DNA of 64,000 nt from an uncultured Solirubrobacterales bacterium (GTDB lineage: Bacteria > Actinomycetota > Thermoleophilia > Solirubrobacterales > 70-9). The stretch covers positions 2,231 through 66,230 of the forward strand of contig CAVSIE010000003.1 in the NCBI GenBank assembly GCA_963728045.1, given 5' to 3'. Each line of letters begins with the position of its first letter. Within the stretch, counting starts at the first letter, position 1. The notes below the pieces were generated by a model. That model searched no databases. It saw only the letters and a program-made list of their open reading frames with translations, and had not been told where the DNA came from. Shown here in pieces: positions 40,294 through 47,445 of this stretch. A program made the position numbers and the translations under genes.

Positions 40294-41057
40294 CCCGACG
40301 ACTGCTCGCGTACCCTGCTCCCAGAATGGCGTCGAGCGTTCTTCCCTCCAAGGAACGAGTCAATAAGGCGGGGCGAATGCTCGCCAGATGGCTAGACGGC
40401 GAGGTTGTGCTGTCCGACAACGAATTGCAGGAGTTAATCGTCCCGGTTCTTCAATGGCGGGCGCAGCACACCTATCCGATGTCGCTCGCGATGCCGAGCC
40501 TTCGAAAATGGGCGGAGCGATACTCGACCACCGACGTTCAGCCTTCTCAGCGCTTGAAGCGGCTGCCGCAGATCATCAACAAGCTTCAGCGCCATCCCGA
40601 CATGAAGCTTGCTCGCATGCAGGACATTGGAGGCGCTCGGGTCGTGCTTTCAAGCCGGGATGAGGTCGAAAAGATGCATCAACGCATTCGGCTGTATTGG
40701 GAGATCGAGCGCGTTAAGGACTGGCGAGAGGAGGGCCGGCCAGACACCGGCTACCGAGCGCTGCACCTCATGGTGCCGAAGCGGGACGATCTCAGCGGCG
40801 AGGAGCGGATCATCGAGCTTCAGCTTCGAACAAAAACTGAGCACCGCTGGTCGCAGGTCATCATGGCCACCGGGGAGCGCCTCGGCTACTCTCTGAGAGA
40901 TGGATATGGACCGCCTGACTTGTTGCTCTACTTCAAGCTGGCGGCAGAGATCCTTGCCATCCGGGATACAGGGGCCGAGCCGGAGAGGGATCTCCGGAAA
41001 CGCTTCATCGCCGCTCGTCGGGAGGCGAGTCCCTACTTCGTGTCGAAAGAAGGCTAG
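40290..41057 (+). CDS. RelA/SpoT-domain small alarmone synthetase-like protein (toxSAS candidate)
   Basis: All four synthetase motifs are visible: RLKRLPQIINKLQR, MQDIGGARVV, GYRALHLMV and ELQLRTKTEHRWSQV. GTG 40290 overlaps the XRE stop as GTGA. ATG 40326 is an alternative start. Confidence 0.75.
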   Translation: MTRRLLAYPAPRMASSVLPSKERVNKAGRMLARWLDGEVVLSDNELQELIVPVLQWRAQHTYPMSLAMPSLRKWAERYSTTDVQPSQRLKRLPQIINKLQRHPDMKLARMQDIGGARVVLSSRDEVEKMHQRIRLYWEIERVKDWREEGRPDTGYRALHLMVPKRDDLSGEERIIELQLRTKTEHRWSQVIMATGERLGYSLRDGYGPPDLLLYFKLAAEILAIRDTGAEPERDLRKRFIAARREASPYFVSKEG

Positions 41058-41059
41058 CG

Positions 41060-41308
41060 ATGCCAGACCACCAATTTCTGCTGATTTACAACGCAAAGAC
41101 CCAGCGTCTGATCGACGCAAAGGATCTCGGTAGCGATACGCCGTTGGCTGTTGAGGCCTACGCAGAATGCGAGCGGCGCTACAGCGGCAATCAGGACATC
41201 GAGGTTCTTCTGATCGGCTCGGACTCACTCGACACGATCAAGAAGACCCATGGCCACTATTTCGGGAATGTCGATCCAGTTGAGTTCTTCCGGTCAGTCA
41301 CGGTCTAA
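41060..41308 (+). CDS. Small acidic protein, candidate cognate antitoxin/immunity partner
   Basis: The 82-aa ORF starts 2 nt after the RSH stop. No recognised domain. Confidence 0.45.
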   Translation: MPDHQFLLIYNAKTQRLIDAKDLGSDTPLAVEAYAECERRYSGNQDIEVLLIGSDSLDTIKKTHGHYFGNVDPVEFFRSVTV

Positions 41309-41373
41309 GCAGAAGACGGCCAAAGGGCTTGAGATTCCGGTCCCGACCAAAGGCGACTTCGATGACGCCCTGT

Positions 41374-41580
41374 CTAAGGTCGCTCCGCCAGCAAGTCGTA
41401 AACGCCCTGGCGAGAAAGATCGGCCTCAGAAGCGATCTGGGTGATCGAGACTCCCGCCTTCTGCGCTTGCTGACAGAAGCCCCGTAGGTCTTCGGTCGCC
41501 TGTCGCTTGGCGGCATCGGCCCTCTCGCGCCGCTTGGCAGCGCCGCGGATGCTTCGCAGGATGCTGGCCTGCTCGCTCAT
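41374..41580 (-). CDS. Small HTH protein coupled to the transposase
   Basis: ATG 41580 overlaps the transposase stop as ATGA. GVSITQIASEADLSRQGVYDLL is an HTH. Confidence 0.5.
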   Translation of the reverse strand: MSEQASILRSIRGAAKRRERADAAKRQATEDLRGFCQQAQKAGVSITQIASEADLSRQGVYDLLAERP

Positions 41581-42521
41581 CGGCCAGCCGCCGTATCGAG
41601 CAACGAGTGGAACATCGACCGCTCGCCCCGGAATCGTTCGTTGTAGCGCCAGGCGTACTCGTCTAGATAGGACTGAAGCCACTTCTGGGAGACCTTCTTG
41701 TAGGTGCCTCGCATCCCGGTCTTGAGGTTGCCGAAGAAGCCCTCGATCGTGTTCGTATGAACGTCTCCGCGCACGTAGAGGCCAGCGGAGTGATTGATGA
41801 CGCTATGGCCCGCGTATTCGCGCCCGACCGGCCTGTAGGGCCGCCAGTCGTCCGTGAAGAGGATCGAGTCCGGGTTGACGTTGGCCCGCACGGCTCCACT
41901 TAGCGGCTCACCTCGGCGCGATTTGATGATTCGCAGCTTGACCCGCCCGCCTCGCTCGACCATGCCGAGAACCGAGACCTGACGCTCGCGCCACTGAGCG
42001 GCTTCGGTCTGAGTCATCTTCGGCCCACGGGGGCGGCCATGCACACCGGTCTCGTCTACCTCGACCTTGCCCCTCAGCGGTCGGGCATCGTCTTTCATCA
42101 GCTCGTTGCGAATCTTGTTGAACATGCGCCAGGCGGTCTTGTAATGGACTCCAAGCTCCCGCTCTAGCTGCTTGGCAGATATGCCGCAGCGAGTGCTTGT
42201 CATCAAGTACATCGCGTGAAACCAGAGCCGCAGCGAAGTCGATGACTTGGCGAAGATCGTCCCCGCCGTGGGATGAACGTGGTGTCCGCAGCCGGTGCAA
42301 GTCCAAGACTGGCGGCCCTGCTTGGTCGCGTAGCGCTTGAAGACGCGCTCTGAGCCGCACTTGGGGCAATGGGCGTGTTCCCCGTCGCGGGAGTAGCGGG
42401 TGCGCCACAGATGCTCCAGGCAGGCGGCATCATCGGGGAACTCAGCCAGAAACTCGGTGACCGAGTAGTCCGAGGTCGAAGACTTGGCTCGACGCGGTTG
42501 GTGGCGATTGGCGGGCGGCAC
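41577..42521 (-). CDS. IS1595-family (ISXO2-like) DDE transposase
   Basis: N-terminal zinc ribbon CPKCGS...CTGCGH, then GISAKQLERELGVHYKTAWRMFNKIR and the VEVDETGVHG... DDE core. Confidence 0.85.
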   Translation of the reverse strand: MPPANRHQPRRAKSSTSDYSVTEFLAEFPDDAACLEHLWRTRYSRDGEHAHCPKCGSERVFKRYATKQGRQSWTCTGCGHHVHPTAGTIFAKSSTSLRLWFHAMYLMTSTRCGISAKQLERELGVHYKTAWRMFNKIRNELMKDDARPLRGKVEVDETGVHGRPRGPKMTQTEAAQWRERQVSVLGMVERGGRVKLRIIKSRRGEPLSGAVRANVNPDSILFTDDWRPYRPVGREYAGHSVINHSAGLYVRGDVHTNTIEGFFGNLKTGMRGTYKKVSQKWLQSYLDEYAWRYNERFRGERSMFHSLLDTAAGR

Positions 42522-42523
42522 GG

Positions 42524-42567
42524 TGTCAAGCTACTTGACATCAAGACGTTTGTCAAGCCGCTTGACA
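42524..42567. promoter_or_regulatory. Two 17-bp palindromes TGTCAAG-N3-CTTGACA upstream of the transposase
   Basis: Located at 42524-42540 and 42551-42567. Each half is a TTGACA -35-like hexamer. Confidence 0.5.
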
Positions 42568-42729
42568 GTCCAAGCGCTCGAACTCCATTCGAGACGCTTC
42601 CGAACGCGTGTTTGCAGCGCAAACGCTTCAGGCCCATAGCCGCCCCTGGATTGGCTATGCTCTTGAAAGCTCATCCGCCTTAGGCGGAAGGAGTTCTAGG
42701 AGCCGTCTCGAAAGGGGCGGCTCCGGTCT

Positions 42730-43221
42730 TTAGAGAGAGAACGGACCTGCGGCGACGTAATCGCGCTGAAGCTTTTCCCGCTGCCTGCTGCTTGGGCAGA
42801 ATGCCGTAACGAGCATGGCGTAAGGGTCCTCCCGCTTCCTGCGAATCCTCAAGATCACGAGGAACTCAAAGGTGGGCAAAGCCACGGCAATGCTGTTACC
42901 CCCCTTGCTGGCAGGCCGCTCTTGCTCCCAGCACAGGACACGCTCGCTGCCGCAGGCAGAAATCATGGGTCCGATCCAAGGAACTCGCTCGCACCTTCTT
43001 AGATCTGGATTGCGGTCCTCGCTCGAACGGTCTACCTGCTCTGAGATCACATGCCAGAAGCCGTCTGGCTTGCCCTTGACTACAGGCATTTTGCGGCGCC
43101 CAACATTCAGGCCAAAGAAGGACGCCTGGCGAAGGTCGCTCTCAAAGCATCGGTAGAGAGCATCGCAATAGTCATCCCAGTCGCCGTCCAGCGACACCAC
43201 CTCGGGAAGCCAATCGGTCAA
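42730..43221 (-). CDS. Hypothetical 163-aa protein coupled to the DUF3800 gene
   Basis: Its start overlaps the DUF3800 stop by 4 nt. No domain recognised. A hairpin lies just downstream at about 42695-42725. Confidence 0.55.
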   Translation of the reverse strand: MTDWLPEVVSLDGDWDDYCDALYRCFESDLRQASFFGLNVGRRKMPVVKGKPDGFWHVISEQVDRSSEDRNPDLRRCERVPWIGPMISACGSERVLCWEQERPASKGGNSIAVALPTFEFLVILRIRRKREDPYAMLVTAFCPSSRQREKLQRDYVAAGPFSL

Positions 43222-43952
43222 GCATCCACTCCTGGCCGGCCATGCCAGTGGAACAGGTTGAACTTTGCCTCCGTTTTGGCGGTGTTGAACTTGAAGCGCG
43301 CGCCGGAGCGAGCTTCGATCCGCCGAGCGATGGCCCGCTTGGCTTGGCTGCTTCCTCCGTCGCGGTTGCCGTGGGAAACGGCTCCGAGAAGAATGTCGGC
43401 AAGCTGGATGGCTTGGACTTCATGCGAGCGAACGGTTTGGACCCGCTTCACCGTCTCGCCGCTGAAGTCATGCAGGCCCGAACGAAGGATCTCCTCAAGC
43501 TTGCGGACCTTCGGGCCGCCTTGGGTGTCCTTGATATCGAGGTAGATACGGAACTCCTCATCTCGGCTTAGGAGCTGGGAGAGGAGCAGGTAATACATCT
43601 TGTAATACCACTCGTCGTGAGTCTGGGAAAAAGCGCTGTGGTCGAGTGACGTCTTGTCTGCAATAACCGCTCGAAAGCGAAGATCCGTCGTGTCGAAGAA
43701 GAAGTCGACCAGAGCCTCGTAGAGCGGCAGCCACTTCGGGGAAGCCTTGCCCCACTTGACCTCCGCCTGGGCCGGGATGCCGGCGGCCTGCTTGATTTCG
43801 CCGATTCGAGCAGCGATCTCGCGCGCTTGACCTGCGGGGACCACAAGAGCACCGAGAACCATGATCGGCTGCCCGTCCGTGGGAAGGTGGCAACTCTCGT
43901 CGCAAAAAATGCTGAATGCAGGCGTCAATGTGCGAGCAACTGTATCCAGCAC
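43218..43952 (-). CDS. DUF3800-domain protein
   Basis: N-terminal IFCDES acidic motif and C-terminal HEVQAIQLADILLGAV motif, both characteristic of DUF3800. Confidence 0.65.
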   Translation of the reverse strand: MLDTVARTLTPAFSIFCDESCHLPTDGQPIMVLGALVVPAGQAREIAARIGEIKQAAGIPAQAEVKWGKASPKWLPLYEALVDFFFDTTDLRFRAVIADKTSLDHSAFSQTHDEWYYKMYYLLLSQLLSRDEEFRIYLDIKDTQGGPKVRKLEEILRSGLHDFSGETVKRVQTVRSHEVQAIQLADILLGAVSHGNRDGGSSQAKRAIARRIEARSGARFKFNTAKTEAKFNLFHWHGRPGVDA

Positions 43953-43979
43953 TGCGCTTTGAATATCCGGAAGTACCCT

Positions 43980-44594
43980 ATGTGCGCTTTGAGCAGAGCA
44001 GGGCCAGCTAAGCAGTCGGCAGAAGCGACGGCGGTCTATCGGGCCATTGGCCGCTACACGGTCGCGTTCTCCTACCTCGTCTCTGAAATGCGCGCCGGAA
44101 TCGAAACCCGCTTCGATTCTGACTCAGAGATCGCGCAACTTGCCCTAGGCGAGGCTTTCGCGTCGCAGATCACCAACGCATTCTTCGCGATCTGCGAATA
44201 CTCGGTGGAACTGGATGACGAAGAGCGGCAGGTAGCTATTCGCCTCAAGAAAGAAGTCAATGACGCCATCAAGGAGCGCAACGACATCGCCCATGGCGAC
44301 TGGCACGTCCGTTCGTGGCGAAAGCCGGAGCCTCACATGGTCCGGACTAAGCCCGGCCGAAGAGCTGGGGCAGTCGTAGAAAAGGCGCTGCCGGTTGACG
44401 AACTTGAAGAGCTTTCGGACGCGCTCGAAGACCTGGCTGAGACTGTCATCGAGTTTGCCCTTCTCTGCTTTGCCATTCATCCCCACGCAGACAACATCGA
44501 GGGCGAGGTCCGGGTCAGGGACGTTTACCGCTTCCGGAATCACCGGGTTGTGAGAGAGGGACGCTACGCCGCTTCCCACCCCTGGGACGACTAG
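43980..44594 (+). CDS. HEPN-like protein (Rx4H motif)
   Basis: KERNDIAHGDW contains R-x4-H in a predicted helical context. The start is uncertain because only 27 bp separate it from the divergent DUF3800 start. Confidence 0.5.
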   Translation: MCALSRAGPAKQSAEATAVYRAIGRYTVAFSYLVSEMRAGIETRFDSDSEIAQLALGEAFASQITNAFFAICEYSVELDDEERQVAIRLKKEVNDAIKERNDIAHGDWHVRSWRKPEPHMVRTKPGRRAGAVVEKALPVDELEELSDALEDLAETVIEFALLCFAIHPHADNIEGEVRVRDVYRFRNHRVVREGRYAASHPWDD

Positions 44595-44719
44595 CCGGGG
44601 CTTTTCCTCCCGCTCCCAATCCGCCTCGATCTCAGCTTCTGCCTCGGCCTGTTCTAGCCAGGTTTCATCGTCTTCGGGCTCCAAAGCGCGGTCCTCAGCT
44701 TCTACAGAGAAGGGATATA

Positions 44720-44735
44720 TGTGATATCGCTCACA
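44720..44735 (+). repeat. Direct repeat, right copy (TGTGATATCGCTCACA)
   Basis: Identical to 39647-39662 and immediately follows the right IR. Confidence 0.9.
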
Positions 44736-44736
44736 T

Positions 44737-44768
44737 GAGCAACTATTTCGTTTGAGAAATAGTTGCTC
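44737..44768. promoter_or_regulatory. Perfect 13-bp-arm palindrome upstream of marR (candidate MarR operator, or terminator of the desaturase operon before the insertion)
   Basis: GAGCAACTATTTC-GTTTGA-GAAATAGTTGCTC, ending 19 nt before the marR ATG. Confidence 0.5.
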
Positions 44769-44786
44769 TAGTGCAAATATATTCGC

Positions 44787-45326
44787 ATGCAAGCGAGCGA
44801 GATCGCCGCGATCGTCGATGAGGTGGCCACACCCGAAGCGACCCCGGCTGAGCAGGAGACGGCGGCGCGGCTGAGCGCGCTGCTGCGGCACCTCTTCCTC
44901 TACGACCGCGGAAACATGCTGCGGGTGATCGAGGAGAGCGGCCTCTCGGCGACCCAGTGCAAGGTGCTGCTGGAGCTGGGCGGCCTTGGCGAGGCGACCG
45001 CTCCGCGGCAGGTGAGCGACCTGGCGGAGGCCTTCGGCGTCTCGGTTCCCTCGATGAGCAGGGCGATCGACGGCCTGGTCAAGAAGCGGTTGGCGACCAG
45101 GGTCGAGGACGCAGAGGACCGGCGCGTGCGTCGCGTCGCGATCACCGCCAGGGGCAAGCAGCTGGTCGACACCATGCTGGTCGTCCGCCAGGCGGGGATG
45201 GAGGCTTTTGCCGCGAGCCTGACGGCGGCCCAGCGGCGCAAGCTCGACGCCGCGGTCGACTCGCTGATGGACCGCGAGGACATCGCCGAGGCCTACGAGC
45301 TGCTCAAGGAGGTGAAGCCGGCTTGA
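44787..45326 (+). CDS. MarR-family transcriptional regulator
   Basis: LSATQCKVLLELG...VSDLAEAFGVSVPSMSRAIDGLVKKRLATRVEDAEDRRV. Confidence 0.85.
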   Translation: MQASEIAAIVDEVATPEATPAEQETAARLSALLRHLFLYDRGNMLRVIEESGLSATQCKVLLELGGLGEATAPRQVSDLAEAFGVSVPSMSRAIDGLVKKRLATRVEDAEDRRVRRVAITARGKQLVDTMLVVRQAGMEAFAASLTAAQRRKLDAAVDSLMDREDIAEAYELLKEVKPA

Positions 45327-46795
45327 CCCGCTACCGCCACCTGATCACCGACGAGAACCGCAAGTGGTGGACGCTCGGGGCGATGTGCTTCGCCCTGTTC
45401 ATGATCATGCTCGACAACACGGTCGTGAACGTGGCGCTGCCCTCGATCCAGCGCGACCTCGGCGCCTCGCTCTCCGCCCTGGAGTGGACCGTCAACGGCT
45501 ACACGCTCTCCTTCGCGGTGTTGCTGGCGACCGGCGGACGGCTCGGCGACATCTTCGGCCGCCGCCGCATGTTCATCTTCGGCGTCGTCATCTTCGCCCT
45601 CTCCTCGGCGACCGCGGGCCTGGCCGCCGACACGACCTCGCTCGTGGTCAGCCGCGTGGTGCAGGGCGTCGGCGCCGCGTTGATGATGCCGGCGACGCTC
45701 TCGATCGTCACCGACGCCTTCCCGCCGAGCGAGCGCGGCAAGGCGATGGGCACCTGGGCCGGGGTCTCGGCTCTGGCTCTCGCCGTCGGTCCGGTCCTCG
45801 GCGGCTTCCTCACCGAGCACGTCAGCTGGCGGGCGATCTTCTATCTCAACATCCCGGTCGCGATCGGCGCCGTGCTGGCGGCGCTGTTCGCGGTGCGCGA
45901 GTCACGCGACACCACGGTCGGGCGGGAGGTCGACTACGCCGGCGTGGCGGTGCTGACCGCGTCCCTGACGGCGCTGATCCTCGCCCTGGTCGAGGGCAAC
46001 GCCTGGGGCTGGGGTTCACCCGAAGTCGTCGCCCTGCTGGTCGGCGCCGGGTTGGGGCTGGCGGCCTTCGTCGCGATCGAGCTGCGGGTCAAGGCGCCGA
46101 TGGTCGAGTTCCACTTCTTCTCCGACCGCAACTTCGTCGGCGCCGTCGTGGTGGCGCTGATCGTCTCCTTCGCGATGCTGGGCGTTTTCTTCTTCCTCGC
46201 CCTCTACATGCAGAACATCCTCGGCTACTCCGCGCTGGAGGCGGGGATCCGGTTCCTGCCTTCGACCCTGATGATCGTCATCGTGGCGCCGCTCGCCGGG
46301 CGGTTCTCCGACCGGATCGGCCCGCGCTGGCTGATCGTCGCCGGGCTCGTCGTGGTCGCCGCCTCACTGCTCAGCTTCAGCGGCATCGCGGTCGACTCCA
46401 GCTACGGCGAGCTGCTGCCGGGCTTCATGCTGCTAGGCATCGGCATCGCATTGACGATGTCACCAATGACCAGCGCCGCGATGAACGCGGTTCCGGTGGA
46501 AAAGGCCGGAATCGCCTCCGGCGTGCTCTCGATGTTCCGGATGGTCGGCGGCAGCCTCGGCGTCGCAGTCACCGGCGCGATCTTCCAGGGCGCCGTCGGC
46601 AATCCGGAGACGGCTTCACCAGTCGACTTCGTCGACGCGCTCGGCCACGCGATGACGGTCTCCGCCGCGGTCGCTCTCAGCGGCGCTGTCGTGGCGGCGC
46701 TCGCGATCCGCGCCAGGCGGGAGGGGATCAGCATCGAGACTGCCGAGGCGGAGGTCCAGCCCGGTGGCGCGCTAGCCGCGCGCGGGGCCGAGTAG
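45323..46795 (+). CDS. MFS drug:H+ antiporter (DHA2/EmrB-QacA type, 14 TM)
   Basis: TTG 45323 overlaps the marR stop. The protein contains WWTLGAMCFALFMIMLDNTVVNVALPSIQRDLGAS. Confidence 0.85.
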   Translation: MTRYRHLITDENRKWWTLGAMCFALFMIMLDNTVVNVALPSIQRDLGASLSALEWTVNGYTLSFAVLLATGGRLGDIFGRRRMFIFGVVIFALSSATAGLAADTTSLVVSRVVQGVGAALMMPATLSIVTDAFPPSERGKAMGTWAGVSALALAVGPVLGGFLTEHVSWRAIFYLNIPVAIGAVLAALFAVRESRDTTVGREVDYAGVAVLTASLTALILALVEGNAWGWGSPEVVALLVGAGLGLAAFVAIELRVKAPMVEFHFFSDRNFVGAVVVALIVSFAMLGVFFFLALYMQNILGYSALEAGIRFLPSTLMIVIVAPLAGRFSDRIGPRWLIVAGLVVVAASLLSFSGIAVDSSYGELLPGFMLLGIGIALTMSPMTSAAMNAVPVEKAGIASGVLSMFRMVGGSLGVAVTGAIFQGAVGNPETASPVDFVDALGHAMTVSAAVALSGAVVAALAIRARREGISIETAEAEVQPGGALAARGAE

Positions 46796-47440
46796 CCCCC
46801 ACTCGCCGGGCCAGCTGTCCGGGTCGGAGGGATCGACCCAGGGGAGCGTCGCTACGTCGATGCCGCCGAGGGTGGCGATCGTCTCGCGGTTGGACAGCTC
46901 GATCTCACCAGGATCCTCTGGCCAGGGCGTAAAGATGACACTGGTGACCCGCAGGCCCGCGGACCGCGCCGCCTCGATCGTCAGCAGGGTGTGGTCGATC
47001 GCGCCCAGGCCGGGCGGGGAGGCGATCGCCACCGGCATCGCCAGGTCGACGATCAGGTCCCTGACCAGGTAGTCGAGGCTGAGCGGCGTGAGCAGGCCGC
47101 CGACCCCCTCGCAGATGAAGGTGTCCGCTCCCTCCTGGGCGATCCGGGCTGCCTCGAGCAGGGCCTCTCGCTCGATCTCCTCGCCCACCATCGCGGCGGC
47201 GAGGTGGGGTGAGACGGGGGGCCCGTAGCGAAAGGGAGCGATCTCCTCGTCGCTCTGGTCCGAGCGGGCGGCGCGGCGCAGGATCGCGTGATCGGGTTCA
47301 CCCGGCTCGTCGAGGCCGGTCAGCGCAGGCTTGAAGACCTTCACCCGCTGGCCCTCCGCGGCGAAGCTGTGCGCGACCATGGCGGCGGCGTAGGTCTTGC
47401 CGACCTCAGTCCCCGTGCCAGTTACGAAGACGCCGCGCAT
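46772..47440 (-). CDS. bioD: Dethiobiotin synthetase
   Basis: VFVTGTGTEVGKT P-loop, at the end of the bioB-bioF-bioD string. Confidence 0.85.
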   Translation of the reverse strand: MRGVFVTGTGTEVGKTYAAAMVAHSFAAEGQRVKVFKPALTGLDEPGEPDHAILRRAARSDQSDEEIAPFRYGPPVSPHLAAAMVGEEIEREALLEAARIAQEGADTFICEGVGGLLTPLSLDYLVRDLIVDLAMPVAIASPPGLGAIDHTLLTIEAARSAGLRVTSVIFTPWPEDPGEIELSNRETIATLGGIDVATLPWVDPSDPDSWPGEWGLLGPARG

Positions 47441-47445
47441 CGCCG

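Larger units (their letters stand above)
39663..44719. mobile_element. 5,057-bp IR-bounded element carrying an IS1595-family transposase and defence/toxin-like cargo
   Basis: Left IR TATATCCCTTCTCTGTAGAAGC (39663-39684) is the exact reverse complement of 44698-44719. Identical 16-bp direct repeats lie immediately outside both ends. The interior is visibly lower in G+C than the flanks. Confidence 0.8.

Noticed and set aside
41309-42729. Short IRs and an 8-bp duplication immediately flanking the IS1595 transposase, meaning an independent nested IS
   Set aside because: I compared both flanks in both orientations and found no convincing inverted match. The only perfect IR pair is the 22-mer at the island ends.
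44145-44891. 248-aa minus-strand ORF crossing the island's right IR and the marR start
   Set aside because: It overlaps the HEPN-like gene, the IR/DR junction and marR in antisense. The shared peptide YPFSVEAE with ORF 39470-39709 is simply the translated inverted repeat.
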